A stretch of DNA of 63,212 bases from Octopus bimaculoides (GCF_001194135.2 NC_068991.1:48980671-49043882); one strand, 5' to 3'. Counted from the first letter of the stretch, positions 8,860 to 22,135 are shown. Notes: a model not told the origin generated them from the letters alone. Made by a program: numbers and translations.

Positions 8860-11637
8860 GTCTATCTATCTATCTTTATATATACACGCATACACACATT
8901 TACATATATGTATATACACGTAATATATGCATATCATTCTGAATAATAGAGGCGTATGCGTGTCAGTATGTATGTATGTATGAAGTAAAAAATCTCTTTG
9001 TAATTAACTGTATTAGTACGTGATATGACATTTACATTATTAATTACTGTAATTGTACAAAGTTTATATTCTTATATTAGGCTGCTCGTTATTTATTAGA
9101 ATTTGTCTCTTGTGATTCGTTCATTTTATACTATTTATCAGTTATATATGCGTAATTACTATAGCTACAATTAAATTTGACATTTTTTTTTTCCTTGGTG
9201 TATGCTTGAGTTTGCGCGTGTATGTTAAATTGTTAACAGATATATATTAGGGAAGTTTATTGTTTTTACCACATCATGAAGAGAATGTTGTAGCACGCTT
9301 AACTCGGGTTGTTCTGTTGTTCGTAATATCGCAGTTTATGTTTCAAGTTTTGTTGATGTTGTTAAGATTAGTATAGTTGTTCTTATTGTTGTTGCTGCTG
9401 CTGCTGCTACTGTTATAAGTATTGTTTCTCATGTTGTTAGTATTGGTGTCGTTAGTATTGTTGTTAGTATTGCTGCCGCTGTTGTTAGCATTTTTGTCCT
9501 TATTAATATTGTCGTTTTTTGTTATTAAGTCTCATGTAGACATTGCAGCCGTGGCAATCTCGTCTTCTGCTTAGACAGTGGAACATCTCTGTACATACCC
9601 TTCTCCGCGCTCCACTTCTTTTTCTTTAAGACAGTCGGGTGCAATTTGAGGGATATTTGATTGCTTATTTCTGTCCATCAGTACAACCACGTGGAAACTC
9701 CCCTTCCTTTTAGTGAGAAGCGGAGGATGTAGCTGTGACAGATCTCTGTTAAGTAGATGCGTGGAATCCAGATATGCTGAGTTGGACGATGATGGGGGTG
9801 AGGAAAGCGAATAGCTTTGTAAGTTTGACAGAGATGATGATGTGCCAAAAGTCACGAAGTGTAACTACATATTGTGATCTGTAGGCATAATCTAGCGGCT
9901 TCAGCTGTTACACCAACAGGATTTTTATACTTCGTTGTTTTTTGGTCCATTCTATGCAACTGAACATTATGCTTGAGGACGATTCGTATGAAACGGAACA
10001 GGCGATTGTTCGTCGGTTAGTCGAACAGTCGGTTCTTCAAGTTCTGTAGAAACGGCAATTGTCGTTTAACCCCAGCTTAATTCTAACTGAGCAGAGCTAT
10101 AAAACGAAAGTATTCCGTCCGTTATCATGGCATCGTTTTGGAGCTATCTAGGACTAGATTAATATAATGTATTCCTCCCATTTTAAAAAACTTCAATGTA
10201 GGATGTGAGGTAAACTTTGACCATCATTTTTAACAGATCGACTAAGCAGATTCGCAAGGTCTTCCTTGTTGGATCAGCAGAAATAGTAGTTCTAGTGGTA
10301 ATTCGGGTAAAGTCATCGGACAGGAAGGATTCGGCAAAGGGCATTAACACGAGTTTTAGAAAGCTAGTAAACCAACACAGTAACCCAGAAGCCGAAAGAG
10401 ACAGAAAGCTATGGGTGTGGATTAAGCGGGTAGACGATATTTTTTAATATCTTGCAGTATAGCCGATTATCATTGAAGTCAGTATTTGATGTGTACTTGT
10501 TTTATTGTACTTCCGAAAGTGTAAATATGAAATAAAGTTGATCTGATCGCAGCAGTTTTGAACTCAAAGTTTAAAAGAATTCTCCTAACCGCCCCAGCAG
10601 TACAGACACTTGTTGTTGTTGTTGTTATTGTTGTTATTGTTGCTGTGGTTGTCGTGGTGGTAGTGGCGGTGGTGGTGGCAGCAGTGGTTAGTGATATTGA
10701 TGCTTCTGTTATTGTAGCTGTAATCGTTGTTATGGTGGTGGTAATGCTGTTGTAGCTGTTGTTGTTGTTATTGTTCGAGATTTTGTTTTTGTTATTGTTC
10801 CTGTTATGGTTGTGGTGGTAGAGATGGTGGTGATGGTGATGGTGGTGGTGGTACCTTGTGGTGCTATTGCTGCCGTTCGTGTTACTGTTGTTATTTTGTT
10901 GTTGTTGCTGCTGTTGTTACTGCTCTTGCTGACGTAGCAGTTATTGTGGTTGTAGTTGTTGTAGTTGTTGATGTTGATGTTCTTGTACTTGTTATTACTG
11001 TTGCTTCAGCTGTTCCTGTTGTTTAACACCAGGCCAAAGCTGAAGTGGTAGATCTTTATTCAGATATTTATCACCGTTGGAATATACCGGTCTTCTTTTT
11101 CATTTTTTTTTTCTATTAAGGTTCAGGACTACACATTATCCAGCGTATTCTTCCTGTTTTTTTTTTGTCTGTTTTGTTTTGTTTTTAAAGACAAGAAAAG
11201 CTTTTGACGGAAATTTAGCTCCTATTTCTAGCCGGTCGAGCGACCATCATCAGTTGCCAAATCCAGGTGTATAACAACCCGAAGGGTTGCAAAGATGTCC
11301 AGGAAAAATAGCGAATCTTTAATTTCACAAACACATAGGTATGTAACTTATAATTAATTGTCAATTTTGTTCGAAAGCTCAAAGCATATTTCTTAAGAGA
11401 GTTGTTGAAAGTCTTCACCTTGCAGCAATTTCTAATCTGTATGCAAACGAAATTTCCTCCAGGGACTAGAATGCTTTCCAGGCCTGCAATACAAACACCG
11501 TTGTTAAGAAGTAGATTTATATTTTTCTATGTTTCTTCGTTTATTTCATTTTTGGTTTATCATATTTAACTTTATATTTAAGTTAGTTAGCACGTTCATC
11601 ACAAATTATTTCACATTATTATTGATTTCTTTTCAAG

Positions 11638-12095
11638 GAGATGAGCTGGCAAACTTGTCAGCATTTCGAACAAAATGCTTAGATGTACTTTATGCGGCTT
11701 TGCGTTCTGTGTTCAAATTCCGCCCAATATATTTTTAACCCTTCCGGGGTCGATAGAATAAGTACCATCTAAGCACGAACGACCTCCTCCCAAAATGTCA
11801 GGCTCTGTGCCAATAGTAAAAAGGATTATTATTGTATCTATAGAAGAAAGGAATACCATTGCATTTATAGCAGAAAGGATTATTGTTGGCAAAATAGTTA
11901 GCATTTCGGACAACATGCTTAACTCCATTTCTTATGCTTTTTTAAGTTCTGAGTTCAAATTCCGCCGAGATCACTTTTGCTGGTACATCTTTTTGGAGTC
12001 GTTACAATAAGTATTACTCAACTACTGGAGTCGATGTAATCGACGAACACCGGTCCCTAACAATTACTGGTCTTGTGCCAACATTTGAGTCCACT
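11638..12095 (+). mobile_element. Two tandem degenerate SINE family A copies
   Basis: Two A-box-like heads (TGGCAAA...GTTAGCA) with GTTCAAATTCCGCC B-box-like motifs and family tails. Confidence 0.75.
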
Positions 12096-12319
12096 TTTAT
12101 TGGTTCATTTGATCCCTTTCTTTTCTTTAACGTTTATGTTTTCATTCTATTCATGTTAGTTGTTGCACTTGTTCTTTAATATTTCAACATTGTTGTTCTT
12201 GAGGTTGATGATTAGTTTAAAACTAATGGTGGTAGTGATAGTAATGGTGGTGTCGCTCTTGTTGTTTTGGGTGGTGGTGATGGGTGGTGATGGTGGTGGT
12301 GATGGTGGTGATGGTATTG

Positions 12320-12351
<32 letters not shown>

Positions 12352-14756
12352 GGTAGTAATGATGAGGAAGATGGGTGATGATACTGCCATATTTGTTATT
12401 TCTTTTCTTTATATTCTTTTGATGGTTACTGAATGAAAACTAATATATATACGTACATAAACACACACACACACACACACGCACATATATACACATATAC
12501 ATGTTCATATTCATTGTCTATACATAAAGAATATGTATAGATGTACGCATATGCATAAACATATTTATATTCATATATAAATGCATATTTAACATTTACT
12601 CAAATGCATTTTATATATACATTCGTATAAATATTTATGTGTGTGTGCTATATCTATATAATTATAAATATTTATATGTGTGTGTGCTATATCTATATAA
12701 TTATAACCATGCTTACATATACAGTTATTTTTCTCTCTTTTACAACTACTTAGCGAAAATGCTTATATGTGCATGTATATGTATATATCTACATATTTAT
12801 ATCAATATATATATATATTCCTATATATATATATATATATATNNNNNNNNNNNNNNNNNNNNNNNNNNNNNNNNNNNNNNNNNNNNNNNNNNNNNNNNNN
12901 NNNNNNNNNNNNNNNNNNNNNNNNNNNNNNNNNNNNNNNNNNNNNNNNNNNNNNNNNNNNNNNNNNNNNNNNNNNNNNNNNNNNNNNNNNNNNNNNNNNN
13001 NNNNNNNNNNNNNNNNNNNNNNNNNNNNNNNNNNNNNNNNNNNNNNNNNNNNNNNNNNNNNNNNNNNNNNNNNNNNNNNNNNNNNNNNNNNNNNNNNNNN
13101 NNNNNNNNNNNNNNNNNNNNNNNNNNNNNNNNNNNNNNNNNNNNNNNNNNNNNNNNNNNNNNNNNNNNNNNNNNNNNNNNNNNNNNNNNNNNNNNNNNNN
13201 NNNNNNNNNNNNNNNNNNNNNNNNNNNNNNNNNNNNNNNNNNNNNNNNNNNNNNNNNNNNNNNNNNNNNNNNNNNNNNNNNNNNNNNNNNNNNNNNNNNN
13301 NNNNNNNNNNNNNNNNNNNNNNNNNNNNNNNNNNNNNNNNNNNNNNNNNNNNNNNNNNNNNNNNNNNNNNNNNNNNNNNNNNNNNNNNNNNNNNNNNNNN
13401 NNNNNNNNNNNNNNNNNNNNNNNNNNNNNNNNNNNNNNNNNNNNNNNNNNATATATATATATATATATATATACGTATAATATGAGTGTATATAAGCGCA
13501 CATGATAAATGTGTGTGTGTGTGTGTGTGTGTGTGTTTGTGGACATTTGTTTGTTCGTTGATGATGTGCTTGTGATAATTGCACGTGTTATTTATTGGCA
13601 TCTTGTGTTTTCATCGCTTTGGATTTGCCCTTCATTTAGGATTCTAGTTTCGTAAGGATTAAATTTGCATAGAGATTTCTTAGTTTAATGCCGTTTTGTT
13701 GTGTATATTACACTATAGTCATATTGCGCGACTGTTCTGCACTGAAATTCTTTTTCTGGCAAGACTTAAACTTGTTTGGAGATGTATCTGTTGCATATGT
13801 GTGTGTGTAGGTGGCGGGTACGTGTATATGTTTACTGATGTTCATGTACACTTAATTATGTAGATACCAGGATATTAAACATCATCCTTGGAGCGTGGCA
13901 TCAAAGACGACAACAATTAAAAGTAACAAACGAAAGCAAAATATCACGAACAACAATAACAATTACAACAACAGTAATATCAAGAGCAAAAATATATCAA
14001 TACTAACAAGAACAGGAAGATGTTCTACAGTACCACAAGGAGCATTCAGTTGTACCAACCCATGCTTCCTAAACCCAGTGGCAATCCCATAAAAAAATCA
14101 ACTCTTAGACCTTTAGCAATCACCAGCACCAACAACAACATTATCACCACCACCACCACCATAAAGTGAATCCTTTGGAACTTCGTCAGTTGAAATTAGT
14201 ATTTGCAGCTGACACCATCCTACTGATAATCAAGGTGATCCATGTGAATCTAAATCTTATTGATTTCACTTTGTCGCAGAAATCCTGAGAAATACATAAA
14301 AAAACCCGCTTCCTTCTTAGTAAACCATAAAGGAAATATCTTGCACATTAAAAGGTGATTTTCTTAGTAAATTAATCGTGTTTATCAATCGTTGAAACTA
14401 TAAATATACCACTGAATGGCAAAACTGTCTCATGGTACGAATGCTCCGACTGAATAAAGTAAGCAATATTTCAATTTCCTTTCTTGTAAACGTCATTTTC
14501 AGACGTTTTAAATATTTCAGTATTTTTATTTTTATTTCGTGTTTCATGTGCTCGATTGAGGACAATGTTGTTCGTATTAGGTATGATCACTGTTTTGTCT
14601 TGGTTTTGCATTTTTATTATAATGACTGTATTTACATAATATGAACCTACGAGAATTATTTTCTATAATACGATCACATTTGTAAGGTTTTAGCTGTTGC
14701 TTTGTCCGAATGATCTTCAGTCATAAGCAGCAAAACATCTATCTAAATGGGGATAT

Positions 14757-14972
14757 AAGGTGGTGATCTGGCAAAAACGTTAGCAAGCTAGCAAAATGCT
14801 TCGCGGCATTTCGTCCGTCGTTACTTTCTAAGTTCAAATTCCGTCGGGGTCAACTTTGCCTTTCATCCTTTCAGGGTTGATAAAATAAGTCCCAGTTAAA
14901 GCCTGGAGTCGATGTAAGTGACTTCCCCTGCCCCAAAATTACTGGCCTTGTGCTAAAGTTTGAAACCAATAT
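14757..14972 (+). mobile_element. Near full-length SINE family A copy (tRNA-derived)
   Basis: GGTGATCTGGCAAAAACGTTAGC head, AAGTTCAAATTCC, core CTTTGCCTTTCATCCTTTC, tail GGCCTTGTGC. Confidence 0.8.
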
Positions 14973-16229
14973 GGGGATTGTTTCTTTTTTCACTCCCTAC
15001 CTATTGGTTATCTCTATCTCCAGATCTTAAGGCTTGGACAATTTCTCCATTTTCTTTTAGAAATATTTCATCATCGGTTGTGACTGATACATAGATTAAG
15101 TACAGGATGGAACAAAAGGAAAGTCCCAGGTTCATTATTTTTGATAAACGTTTCAACAAGTACTCTGGGTGTACTGGCCCAAACCATAATGGTTACAAAA
15201 ACATAACACATTAGCTACATGAAGACACCATTTCTCCCTAATTTCTCTGGCCTCATACCAATGACTGTGTAAAATATGAAATGGTTTTCTGTTGCACCCT
15301 GCATTTCTCAACAATACCAAGTGCATTTTCTTTCATTTTCTTTCATTTTCCTTTTTTATCTAGATTGCCATATCCTCAGTCTCTTAGAGTATTTCTGTTG
15401 CCTGTTCAAACGACTGGGTTTATGTTGGTATTACACGTTGCAGACAACCTTTCCAGTGTATGAAAACCCTAACTCCGCCTTGCCTCACAGCGTATTCCCG
15501 CTGGGTCGACAGGGACAATATCGTTAATTATTTCTTCTCAACCTCCACATCCAATATCCCCCTACGATTATCTATTTTAACCTTTCATAACTTGGTTTCA
15601 GTTAATTTTGAAAATAATGAAAATATATCAAAATAACTTTATTATTATTAAGCTGGTGTTTGGATCATAAATCAGCATGGAATTTTAGTGGAGAGTTTTA
15701 TGTTATATTATTCTAAAACAAGACGTTTGAATAACAGAACCAGAGTCGATTCCAGGTGATATGCTCTCAAAAGGCTTGTTTCATGATTTTCTTTTGGTAA
15801 CTTACAATAGGAAGTCTTTGATCTTATGCTTCTGCCAAGAACCATGGCGTTTCAGCTTAAAAGCTGCCATTTTTGCTTTGTTTAATTCTATCCTGCTCTA
15901 CGTTTTGCTTTTCGTCAGATATTGGCAATGTAGGGTCTTTCATCGCCAACATTTTAAACATGGCATTCTGTGGCCCCAATTTTACTTTTTACTTTTTGCA
16001 CTATTTCTATTGTTTTTTACCATTTTGTTTCATTTGTGTTTTGTTCGTGCTTTGTAGCTATTTCTATTAGTTTTCATTGTTCTAAACTAAATATTTTTGA
16101 AGTCCTGCGGTGGATATTTTATAATGTCCTCCTAACTTTATAAGACCCTATCTCTCTGTGTTATAGTAAATATAAATTTATGTCAGCTTAGGAGTTTGTA
16201 TATTCCCTTTGCAGAGAGAATCGCCAAAA

Positions 16230-17450
16230 GGAACGGGGAAGCTATGCTTCCCGATATATTTACTTATGCATATTTATGTTTCGAGTTCAAATTCTGTCGG
16301 ATCTAACTTAACTTTTTAATCTACTAATGATGATAAATAGGTGCAAATCAAAGTCTAGAACCAATACAATTAATTGTACTCACTCCACCCGCAGTATGCG
16401 ATTCTATGTTCATGCCAGAAGTCTTTCTATCATCATTTTAGAAAGGGAGGCGGATTGGTGGAAAGATTAGGGTGTCAGATAAAATGCTTTGCAATATATT
16501 TTTAAATCTTGCTGTTCTGAGTTTAGATCTCGCCGACGTCAACTTTGCCATTCATTCTTCTGGTACCGATATAATAAAGTTCTCAGTGAAGTACTGCTGG
16601 AAAAATAATTGAATAACTTTTTAACCCTTCTTTAAATTTAAAAACAATTATTATTGTGTTAAACTATGAATTTTAATACCAACAGGAAGTCGTCTGATAA
16701 AATATGTACCAGTAATTCATTGGTACAATTGACACCTAGACTATAAAATGTTAAGCAATGTGAAAGAAAGTTTATTAATGTTTCCAAAAGGTGGTTGGAG
16801 TTCCACAATAGTGGAGTGTTACATTGAATGCCAAAGTAAATTAAATTAAATATGATGATTTGATTGTAGAAGATTTATAGAATTATTACAGCATTAGACA
16901 AAATGCTTCCAGTCATTTCTCCTGGTTCTTTACGTTCTGAGTTCAAATCTCACAGAACACATCTTTGCTTTTCATCTTTGTAGGCTCGATAGAATAAAGC
17001 ACCAGCTAAAACTGGGGTCGATGGTACCGATATCGACTAACCCCATCCCCTCAAGAAAAGCTTTGTACCGAAATTAGAAACCTTTATTAATAGCAATGGT
17101 AGCTGGCAGAATCGTTAGAGCACTGGGCAGAATACTTTGAGATATTTGTTCCGCTCTTTAATTTCTCAGTTAAAATCTCACCCACTTTAGCTTTGCTTCA
17201 TTGATGGAATAAAGCATCAGTCAAATACTAGAGTCGATGATATCGTATAGTACCCTCCTTACCTAAATGCTGACCTTGTGCCTATATCAGAAACAATTCT
17301 GAGTTGGGGGCTACATTGGTAGAACCGTTAGAGCACCGGAAAAATTGCCTTGAGACATTTGTTTCGGTTCTTGAAATTCCGAGTTCAACCTCCGCTGATC
17401 AGCTTCGCCTTTTATCCCTCTAGGATAGATAACATAAAGAGCCAGTCAAA
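16230..17450 (+). mobile_element. Cluster of about five same-orientation degenerate SINE family A copies
   Basis: Repeated GAGTT(C/T)A(A/G)AT-type B boxes near 16283, 16520, 16940, ~17165 and 17380, each followed by the family core. Confidence 0.7.
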
Positions 17451-17529
17451 CACAGGTGTTATATAACTTATTTTTATTTTGCAAAACTGTTGGTTTTGTG
17501 TCTATGTTGTCAAGTATTATTATTATTAA

Positions 17530-17935
17530 TGTTATTGTATTATTTTCAATCGGCAGATGTTATAAAGTGACTGAAAAGCCGAAACTTTTGTGCAATAGCA
17601 ATTACAAAACTGTTTTCAAATTTACGAGCCTGCTTCTATATAGATTGAATTTTAGTTATAGTTATCTCACGATTGTTCGAGAGAAAAAAAATTAAGATGG
17701 AGGGTCACGTGATAAACATATATTTTTCAATATTCTGTCCATTAAGCAATTCATTAAATAAATGAACGCCCTTTCAATTTTTTTTTCTTGTTCAAACCAG
17801 AGACACAATTATAATCATAATTCAATCTATAGAAAAGCAAACTAACAAATTTAAAGTCAATCCGGTTAGTGTTAGGCACGAAACACTCGGCCCGTGAATC
17901 TCTTTGTAACTTCTGCCGAATAAAAGTAATTAAAT
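17530..17935. mobile_element. Degenerate foldback/MITE-like inverted repeat (arms ~17530-17700 and ~17765-17935)
   Basis: Left TCGGCAGATGTTATAAAG and CTATATAGATTGAATT match the reverse complement of the right arm (TCGGCAGAAGTTACAAAG; TTCTATAGATTGAATT). Confidence 0.55.
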
Positions 17936-18829
17936 ACATAGAATCGAGTATTGATTTCTATTTATCCTGTTTATTCAGCCAAACCTAAAATTAATGTTAA
18001 AAATTAATATTACTACTACTACTACTACTATGATTATTATTATTAATTTAAACATTCATTGCACGCTGATGCATCACACTAAATTAGGTATGCTGAGTTA
18101 AATTAAATATCTTTAATTAAATGCCAAAGAGTAATTAGTTTCCAGTAGCGTTTGGTCCCTTTGCGCAGCGGAAAAATGCTGACATTTGAGACAATGCCCT
18201 TTCGACTGGACATAATCACGTAATGGCGATCAGAACTGAAACCGATGAATATATTATTTGGTAGGGACATTAGGAAGATGAGCAATCATCGTTAAATATA
18301 TATCTTGGGCAGAGAAGTGGTGGCAGAGATGGAGAGCCGAGAGTGCGGTTGGCTATGTATATATATTTTTGTCTTTCTACCGTAATCGAACTTATTGACA
18401 TACTACAATAACTTCTGAATTTACAGTTACCTTTTTCGCCAGCACAGTTCCTCATCAATTTTCTTGGATTCCAAATTTCATCAGTATATAAATTTATCAT
18501 TCAAATTTCTAAGTTTGAATTTGAGTAGGTTACATGAAATAAACACTAGTTGTGTACTGATGATTCTGTTGTTGTTACTGCTGCTGCTGCTGCTGCAGTT
18601 GTTGGGGAGTCTATCTTAAGGTTGTTCAGCCCTGACAGAGCAGATTAATGATCAGCAATTTTCCAATCATAGCCCATTCTTCCTTTTAGGTAATGTAGGA
18701 TTAGGTAAATAAACGTGTACTTTATTTATATAAGATTGCATTAAGTGATATGAAGGAAATTTAATTGCTACTTCTACCATTACAATCTACCATATATAGG
18801 CTTCCACTAAAACAGGTACGGTTGTTAAT

Positions 18830-19030
18830 CACATCGCTTTGTGGCATTTCGTCTGTCACTACGTTCTCAGTTCAAATTCCGCTGAGGTCGTCTTTGCCTT
18901 TCATCCTTCCAGGTCGATAGATTAAGTATACCAGTCGAGCACGGGGGTCAATTACATCAACTAGGCCCCTCCACCTAAATTTCAGGTTTTATGCCTATAG
19001 TGGAAAAGATTATCATTATTATTATTACTA
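18830..19030 (+). mobile_element. SINE family A copy ending in (ATT)n
   Basis: CAGTTCAAATTCCGCTGAGGTCGTCTTTGCCTTTCATCCTT core and ATT tail. Confidence 0.8.
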
Positions 19031-19032
19031 TT

Positions 19033-20105
19033 CTTTTAATCTCAGGTTTTGTTGGAACTCCTGGAGTTTTACATGCGTAGCGGGCTTGGTGCCTGCAGCT
19101 TACAGTACCACGCTATCCGTTCTTTTCAACTAATACTTTCTTGATTATTCTGGCCGTATCAAGGAGGCAAAACTTTTGTAACAGTTCTACCTATTCCGGC
19201 TTCCTTTACATTCCCCTTGATGCCTTCTGATACTGTCCCCAAGGACCCAACAATAATTTGCACTATCTTCACCTTCTTCATTTTCCATAGCGGGGCTATT
19301 TCATACTTAAGAGGATGGTATGTATCTATTTCTTCGCCTTCCTTCCTGACTATTCGTAGGCAAAAGGGGCAAACAACATCAACTATATAGCAAATGTAGT
19401 GCATCTTATCGACCACCACTAGGTGCGGTCTGTTATGCTCTAGCACCTAATCTGTTTGGATTGGAAAATCCCAGAGGATTTTGCTAGTCTCCGACTGCGT
19501 CACTTTTTGCAGTTTATGCTCATACCACGTCTTGTCCCCACTTTTCGCGCAGTTTCCAGTGTAGCACTTTCGCTACCTCGTCGTGTTGTCACAACTTACA
19601 GTGGTTTTGGAGAAGTCTAGGGCATTCGTTCGTGTTACGGGCAATGGTTCCGTCCACTCTATTACACATGCGGCACATCGGAAACACTTGTTCATTCTTT
19701 AAGTTGACTCTCCAATTCGTGGCCAAAGCTTGGTCTTGTGCTGCCTGTATATTGCTCTCAGTCTCTTTTTCAGTGTTCCCTTCATCCGCCAATCCCACCT
19801 ATGTTTTCCAGCAACTTCAGTTGTGGCTACACGGAATTGATTGCGTAGTCCCTTGTTGCGTAGTCCCTTGTTGCATAGTCCCTTGTTGCGTAATGATTCT
19901 TCATGTCCTTTTTGTACATCTTCCTTTGTTTTTCCTTTTTTTCTCCACTTTCAATAATCCCTCATTCCTAACTCATTCCTCACTTAGGGATAGGTATCTC
20001 AGTACACTCCCTAGTTCGATATGCAGTCTTCCGCATTTATCAGTCCCCTTCCAACATTTTATTCTCTTCATGTATAGGCGATTAGTGTCTGCACGTGGAT
20101 GATGG
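19033..20105 (-). mobile_element. 5'-truncated R4/Dong-clade non-LTR retrotransposon (post-RT region, CCHC knuckle, restriction-like endonuclease), frameshifted
   Basis: Minus-strand pieces read HPRADTNRLY...GRGLINAEDCI, KETESNIQAAQDQALATN, CRMC...ECP, and HNRPHLVVVDK...CYIVDVVCPF...LKYEIAPLWKMKKV...IIVGSLGTV (RLE domain). The 3' end runs into (TAA)n. There is an internal 15-bp tandem triplication at ~19841-19890. Confidence 0.9.
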
Positions 20106-20992
20106 GTTCGATTTTTGTCATTATATTTATTATACGCTGAGGCATCAAACTAAATTAAGCATTTTGAGTGAAATTAAATGTGTTTAATTAAATGCCAAGC
20201 AGTAATTAGTTTCCAGTAGCGTTTGATCCCTTCGCGCAGTGGAAAAAACTGACGTTTCAGACAATGCCCTTTCGACAGTACCTCGAATGGATGCACATAA
20301 AGTTTGTCATATATTGTGACATATCATATATGTCATATATTGTCATATATTGTGTTACGCTAGTCTAATTCGGATCTGGAATTAAATTAAAGGTACACTT
20401 GTCTGTGGAATACTCAGCCACGTAGGGATTAATTTAACGAGTCGGACATGCACTTGATCGAACAACTGAATACTCATCGTTGAAACCGATGAAGGACCCG
20501 TAATTTGTTTATATTTCAGCTATTTGTCATTTGTAACATGTTTTTTCATTGTTTTCAGTCAGGTATTTGGTGTTCAGTGTTTCTAACAGAATAACAAGGT
20601 TACAATTCGAAGTTCTCATGAGCCGAATTTTTGTTTTCATGTTTCACTTAACTTTGTTATTAATTTGAGAGAAAAAAAATAATTGCATTTATGACCCACT
20701 CAGAGATCAAACAACTATAGTTGTAAATTCTAAGCAAAAATATTCTGTCGTTTCGATTTCGAGTCTCGTTATAATTGGTATTACATAAACAGCATCTGTT
20801 TCCTTTCATCCCAATTCTCATTTTTCTAAGACAATTAGAAGCAGGCATGCTTATGTAATAAAGAAACTTGCTTTGGTGGTTTCATGCTCTGCTCCACTGC
20901 GCGACACCTTGGGTAAAAGCCTTCCACTACTGCATTGGATTGACCAATATCATGTGAGTGTAATTGGTAAGAGGAAAGAGTGGGGAAGATAG

Positions 20993-21037
<45 letters not shown>

Positions 21038-21079
21038 CGTGTGTGTGTGTGTGTGTGTGTGCGTGTGCGTGTTTGCCCT

Positions 21080-21310
21080 TCCCCCGCCGAACTGCTTGAT
21101 AACTTGATTCGGTTTGTTTAAATTCCTGTATCATAGTGGTTCGGCAAGAGATCAATATAATATGTTTTCATAGCGGTTCGGCAATAGAGATCAATATAAT
21201 ATGTTTCAGGCTTAAGTACTGCGGTCAATTTGTTCGGCTTAACCCTTTAAAGCAGTGCCCGAGCATGGCAACAGTCCAAAGACTGAAACATTTAAAAGAT
21301 AAAAGATAAA
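21080..21310 (+). mobile_element. SINE family B, 3' half
   Basis: GCTTGATAAC...TAGTGGTTCGGCAAGAGA (with a local ~38-bp duplication)...GCATGGCAACAGTCCAAAGACTGAAAC matches the tail of the full copy at 57205. Confidence 0.7.
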
Positions 21311-21789
21311 TAATACAAAATCTTGAATCATTTAAATTGATGCATATCGTAGAGCTGAGCTAATGGAAATCGACTGGATATGTCACCATGTTGAGTTCAG
21401 ATCCTTCAATGGATACTTAATATAAAATTAGCTCCCTTGACGCCTGGGGTTGAAACATTTATGAGATCTAAGTGACTGCTAATTGAACTTAGAAGTTCAA
21501 CACGCAATCTTAATCTTTTTAAATACGGTGATCATCCATAATCGATTAGCTGAAAGCTATCAATAAGCATAAAATTTCGATTTTAGAATGTTAATACTTG
21601 CTGCTGTTTAAGCCGAGTGTGATATTCTCAAATATTAATTAGTATAACTTAATTTCAAAGGTGTACATTAATTATTGGATCTATTTACTCCTGTATGAAC
21701 TGGAGCATTGAATGTTAGAAGGCCAGCAGCCATGTACACTTCTCTTAGCTGATGTGACAACAGGCTCGTAGGCACCTTAAAAACGTGGC

Positions 21790-22135
21790 CGAATTACGCT
21801 TAATGGCATTTCGTCAGTATTTACATTATAAGTTCAAATTCTGCCGAGGTCGTCTTTGCCTTTCATCCTTTCGAGATTGATAAAATAAGTACCAGCAGGG
21901 ACGGGCTCAAGGTGGGGTGGCATGAGGGGCACGTGCCCCGCCTCAATAGAAGAACTGCGCCTTTCTAAATAATGATATTACGCCCTTTTCTCCTAGATTT
22001 GTATTCCGTTCTGACCTTGTACCCTCTCTTCGAAAAATTCCTGAGACTGCGCCTGACCAGTTGAGCGCTGGGGTCGGTGTAATCAACTTACCCCCGCCCC
22101 CGTAATTGCCGGTCTTGTGCCAAAATTTAAATGTG
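21790..22135 (+). mobile_element. SINE family A copy split by a nested 160-bp insertion
   Basis: The family core ...TAAAATAAGTACCAG resumes as ACCAGTTGAGCGCTGGGGTCG after the insert. Confidence 0.8.
21896..22055. mobile_element. 160-bp non-autonomous TIR element (MITE) with apparent 5-bp target duplication ACCAG
   Basis: Left end CAGGGACGGGCTCAAGG; right end reverse complement CAGGCGCAGTCTCAGG. ACCAG is present at 21891-21895 and 22056-22060, and the empty site can be reconstructed from other family A copies. Confidence 0.75.
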
